From positions 45,944,001 through 46,008,000 of the forward strand of contig CM052817.1 of the NCBI GenBank assembly GCA_028534125.1: a DNA stretch of 64,000 bases, read 5' to 3'. How positions within the stretch are numbered: position 1 is the first letter of the stretch; each line of letters starts with the position of its first letter. Both the position numbers and the translations under genes were made by a program. This document shows, piece after piece, positions 37,276 through 47,910 of the stretch. This DNA is from Lama glama (Eukaryota). The notes below the pieces were generated by a model. The model saw only the letters and a list, made by a program, of their open reading frames with translations, did not search any database and was not told the DNA's origin.

Positions 37276-40200
37276 CTTTAGCTTATGTACTTCTGTCCTG
37301 TCCTGCCACATCCTAACAGCAGGTGGCACCAAAATGCACATAATCAGCAAGGAAGCCACTGAACTCCGGCGATCTCACAGCAAAGCCTAAAGCCCAAATG
37401 CCATTTAGAATGTCTTTTTCTCATTTATTAGGAGTAGGAAAAGTTTGGGAATTAAATAGACATTTATTTTTATGTTCAAACAAATCTTACCTAGGAATGA
37501 GTGGTTTTCTAAGTGAATTTCTAAGGACTGTGGCAATTTGAGATTCATGAATTAAAATTATTATGCTTCTAAAATTTAAGAGGATTCAAATGTAATAGTC
37601 TCCTAAGGAGTCTCACTGTCAAGCCAGGCTTGATAAGAGCGTCTAATATATACTCTGGTCGTTGGAATTTCCCACATTTTCAAGGAAGCTTCTCTGATTT
37701 CATTATATTAGGATGGTTTTAAGTCAGTTATGGTTTTCAGTTTCTTCTATTATGCATGTTTATTGACGGAATTATGCCTAGAGAACACTTTCCATAACGG
37801 CTTTGTTGCCATGTAAATTGCTGAGATACTACTGTCTTTGTTGTTGCTGTCCTTTTGTTCCTCTCCAGTTTTTTCTATTGCAAATTTTTTCAACAGTAGA
37901 ATCAGTGACGTAGGTAGTTCATATTTTCTTTCTTCTCCCTCTTAGCTAAGTGTATCCTGGTCAAAGACATTTGAGAAATTCTGCTCTCAAACAGTGCTTG
38001 GAGAAGAAAGACTGAACGTCCCTGCAGGGAGCTGGGGCTGAGAGGTTCTGGGAATCTGGATCTAAATTGAAAGCGGGAAAAAACTTTGAGTTCTTAGAGT
38101 TTAATTTTACTCAAACAAAATTTGCATTCTATTCTAAAATCAACTAAATACCTATGATAGTTTCAAATTAGGTATTTTAAAAAACAGTTTAATTTCCAAT
38201 TAAGTACCACTGGGTACAATAGATGGTTCCCTAGGGTGAGCTGTTTCATCCTGTAACACGTGTGTCCCCAAGCCGAGTACTTGCAGGCATTCACTTCCTT
38301 CTACTTTGCACAAGGCTGGAAGATGAAAATGGCAGTGGTTAGAAAATGGAAAATAAATATGTTGATTGGAAAAATTTACTCTAAGCTAACTAAAATATAC
38401 TAGGTCAGTACATTTTTTTAAGTAAAATGATAGTTTTATTTTGAGGGTTCTGAAGTAACATTTAAAAGTATAAGACTACTTTTAAGACTACAATTAGAAT
38501 CTGTCATAAAATTTGCCAGAGAAGTCTGATTCTCATATTCTAACTTCCGTTCTTCTGTGACGTCACTTTGAGGAGTGTGAGATATGAATGTCACAGTTTC
38601 TGATAGGCATGATAACTGGTGGAAGACAAGGAGAACTTAAATCAGCTCAATTTATAGTTATTAAGTCCTGTTTACTCTAATGTCTAACTCTTCCATGAAC
38701 CAGCATTTTACAGGACTTTAAGGTTATTTGGCATCTCTCATTCACTTCTTTATTATTTTTTCATTCATCAATTAACTTTTTCACAAAGCAGTGCTCTAGA
38801 TGCTGTGAACAATGAGGCATGTGGATGTTAGAGCCCTTGTCCTCTCTGAGCTTACAGGGTAATACTCGTCCACTTGATCCTTCTGAAGTCTCAGTCCTTC
38901 CACTTAGCCCCTTCCCTCCTACATTCCTTTGTTTGAAACTTTCAAAAGCAGCTTAATTCCAACCCAATAAAAAATTACATAGTGCAGGGAAAAGTATTTT
39001 GGTCATGATTTGGCATTTGGGGTCAATGACAAAAATGATGATGAACTAATTTTTTTCCTCTATAGAATAGAGAAATACATTAAAAATTAAAATAACATAG
39101 CTTGGCTTCATAGTGATAAAAATGAACATTTCTGTTCACTTAACATGTATTAACTTATCTCTTCCTAGTAACAACCCATGAAGTGAGCACTACTATTGCC
39201 AATAATTTGTGAATGAGGGAGTAGGTATATTTGATAAAGGTTGGAAATTAGCACCAGGGACTGAGGGAAAAAAAGATTGTCAGTTTCATGATTGGTCTTT
39301 TCTTGGAGTCAGTGTTGAAAACTATCTTGACAGTAGATCTACAAGTTAGTGGGTCTTTTTTGGTCTTTCTGTAACTAAATTCTTCAGAAGTAGGAGGAAA
39401 TTTGAATTACACCAAATACTATAGCAAAGTTCCTGTATTTGCTTCAGTACTGGTCCTGCTAAGGGCAGTCCATGAGAGACATGAGTTGAAGTGGGAATGA
39501 AATTTACATTCAAGTCATTACTGGGTAGAGTTCAATGGAAGAATTCCCATGCAACCTGTTTCAGCTTTTTAAAGAGATAGTCTTAAATCAAGAAGTATTG
39601 TGTTGAGCTCAAAGAAGGAGAGATGAAACACACACTTTTCATAAGGGTATGAATTCTAGGACTCTTCCTTTTCATATACATTAATGCAATCTTCCGTTAA
39701 TTACAGCATTTCAGCAAAAATGTGCAAACCTGTCTATATCAGAATGATAAGCAAAGGGAAGAGTGGCTTTTCTGTATTTTTGAGTTTAAGGGGAAGGAAT
39801 TTCAACCAGAAAAATGGAGAAAATGTTGACATTAGTCTTTGGCTTGTGCAGCCATACCCATGATTACTATGGCAACGAGTAGCAAAACAGTGACATAGTC
39901 TCAGTTTGATTGCCAAGTTTAGGAAACTAGTCACACCCTGAGTAGCTCAGAGGGTTGCCTCTCTAGCCCTCCTTTCCTGGATAAGTGGCTATTGAAAGAG
40001 CAAAACCACAGAGACACTCATCAGTATAAGAGACAATATTAATTAAGTCATACATTTGTTTATTCACTCATTTATTCAGCAAATATTTATAGTCCAGCTG
40101 CTTAGAAACCCTTTCCCCAGAGGCAAAGCCAGTTCTTAGAGAAAGCTTGATTTGCTGCTTGATTTGTTTTTTCCCTAAAGAGGCTATCTAAAAATAATGA

Positions 40201-40599
40201 TGCTTCTTTTCATGTTTCTTTAAAAAAAAAAAAGCCAATGAACTTTTAGGAATAGGAAGGTAGGGGCTTTCTCCATCCATATTCACCTGCTATTGGGGCA
40301 ATAAAAGTAACTTGACAATATTTTATTCTGGCATCTCTGAGTCTGTTGAAAATTGAGCCCCTGCAGGAGTGGAGAGTCTGCTGATGTGACCAGTAGTGAG
40401 CCCAACAGAGCATGATTTTTCTTACCTAGTCAGGTTTTTTGATTTGGTTTTTATTTCTAAAGCTTATATTTCCAAGAGCAAAAGTGAAACAAACAAATGA
40501 ATAACAGTATCAAAAAGTGAAATGGAGAAAACCAAAAATGCCAAAGTATTTTTGGAAATCAATTGTATATTAGCATGTTATATACATTATTTTATGACA

Positions 40600-40770
40600 C
40601 TTTTTTCTAACAAGTGCATTAGGCAAGCAGCATATTTATGCACATTATACAAATGAGAACTATGCTCAGCAGGTAGCCCAAGGTCGCACCACTGGTCTTG
40701 GGTTGGGCAGAGCCAGGATTCCAACTCAAATTCACATGACTCCAAACTCAGGATCTTGTCACCACACATA
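40600..40770 (-). mobile_element. MIR fragment
   Basis: 'gcccaaggtcgcacc...ggcagagccaggattccaactcaaattcacatgactccaaactc'. Confidence 0.7.
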
Positions 40771-41188
40771 ATTAGAGACCCCTGCTTTCACCAAACAATG
40801 GTTGTTAACACATGGCTCAGCAGGGTTTGTGAGAGTGCTAGTCATTTTGCTGTGTGTAATTTCACTTAAATAAAGCACAATTAAGATATCAGAGAACACA
40901 GAAACTCAAAATGACATTGGTTCATGGCAAAGTGGGGGAGATCCACAGTCCATTACTAGGATAAGACAGCTTCCCAATTACTGGCTGACTCATAACACTT
41001 CCTTTAGAATATGACAGGTGTATGAAGGAGATGTCTGTTCAAACAAGAGGGCACTCAACTTATTTGGAAAGAAAATTATGTTGCGCATGAATATTACACA
41101 GTTAGAAAAACTACAGAATTTGGGTTCCAGAAAGAACACAAATTCATTCATTGGAATAGCCATTCATTCAATTACAAACTCAAAAATA

Positions 41189-42086
41189 TTTTTTTTAACA
41201 TTTTTTATTGATTTATAATCATTTACAATGTTGTGTCATTTTGAAATCCCAGTCTATCCCTTCCCACCCTCTACCCCCCTGGTAACCACAAGTCTGTATT
41301 CTCTGTCCATGAGTCTATTTCTGTCCTGTATTTATGCTTTGTTTTTGTTTNNNNNNNNNNNNNNNNNNNNNNNNNNNNNNNNNNNNNNNNNNNNNNNNNN
41401 NNNNNNNNNNNNNNNNNNNNNNNNNNNNNNNNNNNNNNNNNNNNNNNNNNNNNNNNNNNNNNNNNNNNNNNNNNNNNNNNNNNNNNNNNNNNNNNNNNNN
41501 NNNNNNNNNNNNNNNNNNNNNNNNNNNNNNNNNNNNNNNNNNNNNNNNNNNNNNNNNNNNNNNNNNNNNNNNNNNNNNNNNNNNNNNNNNNNNNNNNNNN
41601 NNNNNNNNNNNNNNNNNNNNNNNNNNNNNNNNNNNNNNNNNNNNNNNNNNNNNNNNNNNNNNNNNNNNNNNNNNNNNNNNNNNNNNNNNNNNNNNNNNNN
41701 NNNNNNNNNNNNNNNNNNNNNNNNNNNNNNNNNNNNNNNNNNNNNNNNNNNNNNNNNNNNNNNNNNNNNNNNNNNNNNNNNNNNNNNNNNNNNNNNNNNN
41801 NNNNNNNNNNNNNNNNNNNNNNNNNNNNNNNNNNNNNNNNNNNNNNNNNNATTTTTTCATGTGCTTTATGATCATGTGTATGTCTTCCTTGGAGAATTGC
41901 TTGTTTAGGTCTTCTGCCCATTTTTGGATTGGGTTGTTTATTTTTTTCTTATAGAGTCGTATGAGCTGCTTATATATTCTGGAGATCAAGCCTTTGTCGG
42001 TTTCACTTGCAAAAATTTTCTCCCATTCCATAGGTTTTCTTCTTGTTTTACTTCTGGTTTCCTTTGCTGTGCAGAAGCTTGTAAGT
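41189..42086 (-). mobile_element. Young camelid-type L1, 5'-truncated, spanning the assembly gap, 13-bp TSD
   Basis: 3' end 'ttttaacattttttattgatttataatc'. ORF2 frame [23 protein letters not shown]...[18 protein letters not shown] aaaaatatttttt at 41182-41194 and 42087-42099. Confidence 0.92.
41351..41850. other. Assembly gap (500 N)
   Basis: Run of N. Confidence 1.
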
Positions 42087-42189
42087 AAAAATATTTTTTA
42101 AATTGAATATTATATACCAGGCACTGTTCTAGATGCTGAAGTCTATGCCAAGATAATTAAAATGGCATATCTCCATTTGTGTAATGTAC

Positions 42190-43130
42190 TAAAAACTGTT
42201 TGCAAGTATCTCCTCTATACCAAATAGCATTTTAGGCACTTGGGGTACTTCAATGAATAAAACAGTTAAAAATGTACACTCACATGGTGCTTATATTCTA
42301 ATGGAAGAGATAAAACAAACAAATAATTAGGACCAATGATGGTAAGTGCTATGGGGAAAAACAAAATTAGGCCAAGTGAGTAAGGAGTCTGGGACAAAAG
42401 AGATAGGTCTAAAACTGGATGCCCAGAGAAGGTCTTACTGGAAGAGTGATGTCAGTCAATTATTGGAGGAGATGTGGGAGTGAGTCAGCAAATATCTTGG
42501 GGAAAAAAATTTCATGCAGAGGGAAGAACAAGTGAAATGGCTCTGAGGGAGCAGCGTGCCAGGGGTGTTTGAGGAAGAATGATATGGTCAGTGTGGCTGG
42601 AGTAACGTGAGTGCAGGGAGAGCAGCAGGAGGAGGCAAGTTGGAACTAAATTGTGTGGGGCTTTGAAGGCCGGGGTAAGGATGTGGCTTTCACTCTTAGG
42701 GAGATAGGAAACCACTGGAAGACGGTGAACTGATGAGTGGCATGGCCTGACTGAGGTTTTCAGAGGGTCGCTCTGGCTTCTATGGTGAGAATAGACTGTA
42801 TGAGAGCAAGGATAGAAGCTGGGCCTCACTTCAAAGCGTCACAATAATTCAAGTAAGAGAGTTATCAGCAAGTAATTAGTATTTAAAGTCAAAGGAACCG
42901 AGTTTTCATCAGAGGAAGCAAGCATGTAGCTAGAAGAGAAAACAGATTAAAAGACTGAGTGTTAGGACGCTGGAACATTTAGTTGTAGAGTTGGAGAGGA
43001 GGAAACAGTGAAGGATATGGAGAAAGAGGTCTTTAGTGGTCTTGACGTCAGTTTGGGTAAAGTGATGGGGCAGGTTTGAGAGAGAGGGTTCGAGAGAGAG
43101 AAGTTGAGTGAATTTGGATATGGACAGTAT
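42190..43130 (-). mobile_element. L2 LINE 3' region
   Basis: 'gcagagggaagaacaagtgaaatggctctgagg...tgtggctggag...ggctttcactcttagggagataggaaaccactgga'. Confidence 0.85.
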
Positions 43131-43149
43131 AGATGGGGGTGGTAGTGGT

Positions 43150-43365
43150 GGTAATTTTTTCTTTAAAAGGCTAGATAATAAATATCTTAGGCTTTGTGAA
43201 CCATATGTTCTCTGTTGTAACTACTCAGCTCTACTGTTTTGGTGCATAAGCAACCATAGACAATACAAAAATGAGTGAGTGTGGTTTTGTTCCAATATAG
43301 CTTTGTTTGTAAAAAACATTCAGTGAGCCAGATTTGATCCACAGGTTGTAATTTGCTGCCCCCTG
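43150..43365. mobile_element. MER58A hAT-Charlie MITE
   Basis: 'aaatatcttaggctttgtgaaccatatg...gcaaccatagacaatac...ccagatttgatccacaggttgtaatttgctgccccctg'. Confidence 0.85.
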
Positions 43366-43379
43366 ATATAAATAATGAT

Positions 43380-43755
43380 GTTGAGAAGTGGGGCACTGAA
43401 TCTTGTGAAATCTGGAAAAGGACGTAGGGGTCAGGGGAAGAGGCTTAAATGAGAGTCTATGATGCAGAAGCCAGAGGAAAATAATTGCCAGAGTCAGAAT
43501 TTTGAATTATATTAATCCATGCAAAGAATTCACATTTTGACAGTTTGACAAGGGAAAGTTCACAAATAAGTATAACATGGATTTGCTACTATTTTGGTGA
43601 CAGTTGAAGCTATGAATTTGGGTGAGGTTTCCAAAGAGGATACGTAGAGAGAGAGGAGACTGAGGCTATAACTTAGGAAATACCTGGTATATGGTGAGAA
43701 AGAGAAGCTAGAGAATATCTCTAAAAGAGAAATAAGAGAAACAGATAAGAATCAT
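43380..43755 (-). mobile_element. L2 fragment
   Basis: 'gacagttgaagctatgaatttgggtgagg...gagagaggagactgagg'. Confidence 0.5.
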
Positions 43756-43788
43756 GAGCAGAGCTGGCCGTCTTCATGGGCATACAAC

Positions 43789-44640
43789 CTGTTTCTGTTT
43801 TGTAAATAAATTCATTTGTATCATTGTTTCAGATAACACATATAAGTGATATCATATGATTTTTGTCTTTCTGTCTGACTTAATATGATAATCTCTAGGT
43901 CCATCCATGTTGCTGCAAATTGCATTATTTCATTCTTTTTATGGCTGAGTAATATTCCACTGTGTATATATACCACATCTTTATCCAGTCATCTGTTGAT
44001 GGACATTTAGGTTGTTTCCGTGTCTTGCTTATTGTAAATAATGCTTCAGTGAACATTGGGGTACATGTGTCTTTCCAAATTAGAGTTCTCTCTGGATAAA
44101 TGCCTAAGAGTGGGAATACAGGATCATATTTTAAGTTTATTTTTAGGTTTATAAGGAACCTCCATACTGTTCTCCACAATGGCTGCACCGATTTACATAT
44201 CCACCAACAGTGTAAGAGAGTTCCCTTTTCTCCACACCCTCCCCAGCATTTATTATTTGTAGACTTTTTAATGAGGGCCATTCTAACTGGTGTGAGGTGA
44301 CACCTCCTTGTGGTTTTGATTTGCATTTATCTAATAATTAACGATGTTGAGCATCTTTTCATGTGCCTGTTGGCCATCTGTATGTCTTCTCTGGAGAAAT
44401 ATCTGTTTAGGTCTTTTGTCCATTTTTTTTAACATTTTTTTGTCCATTTTTTTGATTAAGATGTTTGTTTTTTATATTGAGCCGTATGAGCTGTTTGTAT
44501 ATTTTGACAATTAAGCCTTTGTCGATGGCATCATTTGCAAATATATTTTCCCATTCTGTAGGTTGTCTTTTCATTTTGTTTACGGTTTCCTGTGCAAAAG
44601 CTTTTAAGTTTAATTACATCTCATTTGTTTATTTTTGCTT
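43789..44640 (-). mobile_element. L1 (ORF2 C-terminus), lacking its extreme 3' end
   Basis: Minus ORF 43925-44326 [42 protein letters not shown]... is the L1 ORF2 cysteine-rich C-terminus. Confidence 0.95.
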
Positions 44641-46214
44641 CAGACTATTTTACCTACATTTTAAACCACTGATGCAGGAGTCTCCATCTTTAACAGGTGA
44701 TTCTTTCTCTTAAAGCTTAGCACCTACTCATTTGTAGGACCACAGAAGAAATACTCTTAACCCAGAGGTTCAGGGATGACATCTCAGCTGAGTCTTAAGG
44801 GTGAATAGAAGATAATCAGGTGAAAAGAGGTGGGGAGAGCTTTCCAGGCTATGGGCTTAAAACAAGTACTCATGTGGCTGCAGACACAAATGGTGTGGTA
44901 TGGATGTGTGGTGGAATTTTGAGGATCACTAGAGCACCCAGTATTGTGGGGCAGTGGGGCAGGGTTGTCAAAGATGACAAAAGTGAAAGATTCTTTGCAA
45001 ATTGCCTCTGTATGTGTTTCACCTTCTCCTCATGAGTTTTCCTTGTGTTACATATTGACCCATCTATAAATCATGCTTAAATCAGAGCTTCTCCTGAATC
45101 ACTGAGGAATAGTAGAATAACAGAGTCAAAGAGATGCAAAGGATTTTGAAATATTCTGAATTTTCCCTTTTGCCTCTAGATAGATTGCATTTGAGATGCA
45201 AAAGAGGTTATTATTTGATGCTCATTCTTTATCTCTTAGTCCATAATAACCCAGCAGGTCTGTCAAAGCATGGTAGCAGGTGCTAGCCGACTAAGAATTC
45301 CACTGGTGATAATATCAGGTGAGTTAGCATTCTGCAGGTTCTTAACAGCTTAGCCCACGAGGTGTGGCAGGTCTGTACCTTTTCACTCCTACTGAGATTT
45401 CTCATAAGCTGGGATGCCTCAGTGATAGAGTATGTCATGCCTTCACTTGGGATTGCCTCACTGTCCCCTGATCCACCTTCTGTAGTCTACAGAATTTTCC
45501 TCTTGGTGGAAAACCTTGGTTTCTTCTTAAGAACTGAAATTTATGAGCAGAGGGGCTGGTAGAAGTTGTTTCATCAAGGGGAATAGGACACAACCAAAAA
45601 GCAATGGCCAGACTTAGTTTTATTCATTTCTTCTAACAATGCCAAGCCCAGTTGTCTTTGATCCTCAGGGAAGCATGTTTGCTTTGGACCCAGTACTTGG
45701 CCAGTAACAGTGGAGGCATTGATGTAAGTGATTCCTATCTCGGGATTTGATGAAGAGATTAAAATTCTCCCGGCTTAGTGAGAAATGCTGTGCTTTATAT
45801 ATGAGGTCAACAATCATTAAATTTCCACTGGACATTTCTGAATAGGAAGAATAGCAATTATAGGTCTTTGTCTTTGCTTATCTACCTGATGTAAACTGGA
45901 CTCTCATGCTTAGAATGCCAGCACCAAGTGCTGGACCATCAAGCGACTCTTTGCCTCATCTTTCAGATTCTCTGAAGACATCTTGTTTTTTGTTAAAAAT
46001 TTAAGAATGAACATCAGTAGAAGACAAAAAGACATAAAGTTTACCCTTAATAATACCCCCAAATTATACATTTTTGTAACATTATAATTGAGTGATGCCA
46101 GCAGATGCATAATTCATGAGTTTTGCTTAGTATGTATTCATAGGTAATTTTTTTATTAACAATGAATTTATTATTCCCATAGGCTTGCACACATGTTATT
46201 TATATAAAGATTTT

Positions 46215-46390
46215 TTATATTAAGCAGAACTCATGTTGCAACTAATAGAAATCTAATCCAAAATATCTTAAACTTTATAAAGAAGAGTTTATTGGCTTAC
46301 ATAACTAAAAACTTTAAAGGCAGATTCAGGTATCATTCATTCAGGGGTGTGATAGATTTTATTCAGAATTTCTTTATTTGCCCAGCTTCT
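46215..46390 (-). mobile_element. MLT1K/L-like MaLR LTR fragment
   Basis: 'gttgcaactaatagaaatctaatccaaa...ttattggcttacataactaaaaa'. Confidence 0.5.
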
Positions 46391-46499
46391 CAAGTTTGTG
46401 GTGGTGGTAGGGAAATGTGCGGGGAGTGAGTATGTTTTTGTCAAATTCTCAGCTTGGTTTTCTAAGTGTATTGACTAAGAATAAATTTTCTGTATGATT

Positions 46500-47090
46500 T
46501 GGTTTAAGGAAGGAGAATGCTAATTCTGGCAAATGGAAGAAGACCACATAAGTTTAAAAAGGAATGTCCTTAGGAAACTTCAGTTAGGTTAGTGTGGCTG
46601 GAATGCAAGGTTCCTATTGGGGAGTAACAATATAGGTAGACAGATGCCATATAAGAATGAGCTCCGTCAGTCTTGATAAAGGACTATAGATTTTCTTATG
46701 TCAGCAACAAGGAGTCTCTAAGCAGTGGAATATCATTAAATTTGAAGTTTAGTAAGATTATTCTATTATGAACACGGAGAGAGGATTTGACAAGGTTAAA
46801 ACAGGAAGCTAGGGTCGTCCATGGTGAAATCATGATACTGGGGATCTAAAGTAAGATAGACATAGTGGAATATAGAGAAGAGGGAAGTGTCAAATATCTT
46901 GACAGTTGAATGCTCAAGGTTTAGTTACAGATTAGAAGTTAGAAGGGAAGGAGCAGAAGAAATTAAGGGAGAGAAAACAGGTATAAAATTATTTCCGGGC
47001 TTCCAACTTGATGAACAGCAGTCCATTCAGAGATAGAGAAAACAGAATGAGGGGTAGGTTTCTGCTGGAGCTGAGGTATGCTAAGGGACA
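46500..47090 (-). mobile_element. L2 fragment
   Basis: 'agtgtggctggaatgcaagg...aaatttgaagtttagtaagattattct'. Confidence 0.6.
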
Positions 47091-47629
47091 GATAGCCCAG
47101 TATGGAGCATATTGTCATGCAGCAAACTCAGGTGAAGGCCAGCCAGCACCACCTGGGATCAGCTCAAATGTTCACGCAGAAGCAGGAGCATGCGTACTCT
47201 TCCTCTCAGCATCCTGCTGGGAGACATGCTTGGGCTGGGGTGCAGTTGAATATCCTGTAGGGCTGGTGTCCCATGAGGGACCCTAATCTCATGAGGCTCT
47301 TATTTTTTATTTGTACAAAGCTTGAGAGCAACTTCATGTGAGTAACAAACATTTGGAGCAGAAGTCAGGTAGCCAGAGCCTATGTGCTAGCTATTTAAGA
47401 GTGCTGCCAAATATCAGTTTCTGAGGGTCCAAACTTTAGGGGCCTGAGTCTTTTAGAAATTTTAGGTTAAATGAAGCCCCTGGTGGCAGAGGATGCCCAT
47501 AGTCCGAGACCACGTATTGTTAGGTTACCCAAGATGAAGCCCTGAGGTCATTAGATGATTCTGCTTATCTCAGTGTACATTTTCAGTAGCCATTTGTAAA
47601 CATGGTCCTGTCATTGGGGAAGAATTCTG

Positions 47630-47910
47630 AAGTAAGAACGTATTTTTGAAAGTTATTGGCAGATGTGCAGATAAAGTTTTTGTGGAGGATGATATTGCTC
47701 AAGGAAAATATATTACGTTAGAAGAGAAGAGAGACAAAAGTAATGTGGGAAAAGCTAATATTTAAGAGGGAGGGTGGAAGAAGAGGGACAGGGAAGGAAT
47801 AGGCACTGTACAGATAAAAACTAGCAGAGAGGAATAGCCTGGCTGTTACATAAGACATAGTCTGCAAAATATCGCTGAGATACCAGTGAGGTAAGGACTA
47901 GAGATTATCC
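47630..47910 (-). mobile_element. L2 fragment
   Basis: 'aatatttaagagggagggtggaagaagag...gaggtaaggactagagattatccattg'. Confidence 0.5.

Noticed and set aside
41228..42031. Four ORFs of 206-238 aa
   Set aside because: They read through 500 Ns; the real residues are L1 sequence.
43043..43050. TGACGTCA CRE site
   Set aside because: Isolated 8-mer inside a decayed L2 with no supporting context.
43925..44326. 133-aa ORF with a Cys/His-rich motif
   Set aside because: C-terminus of L1 ORF2 in a truncated copy, not a host gene.
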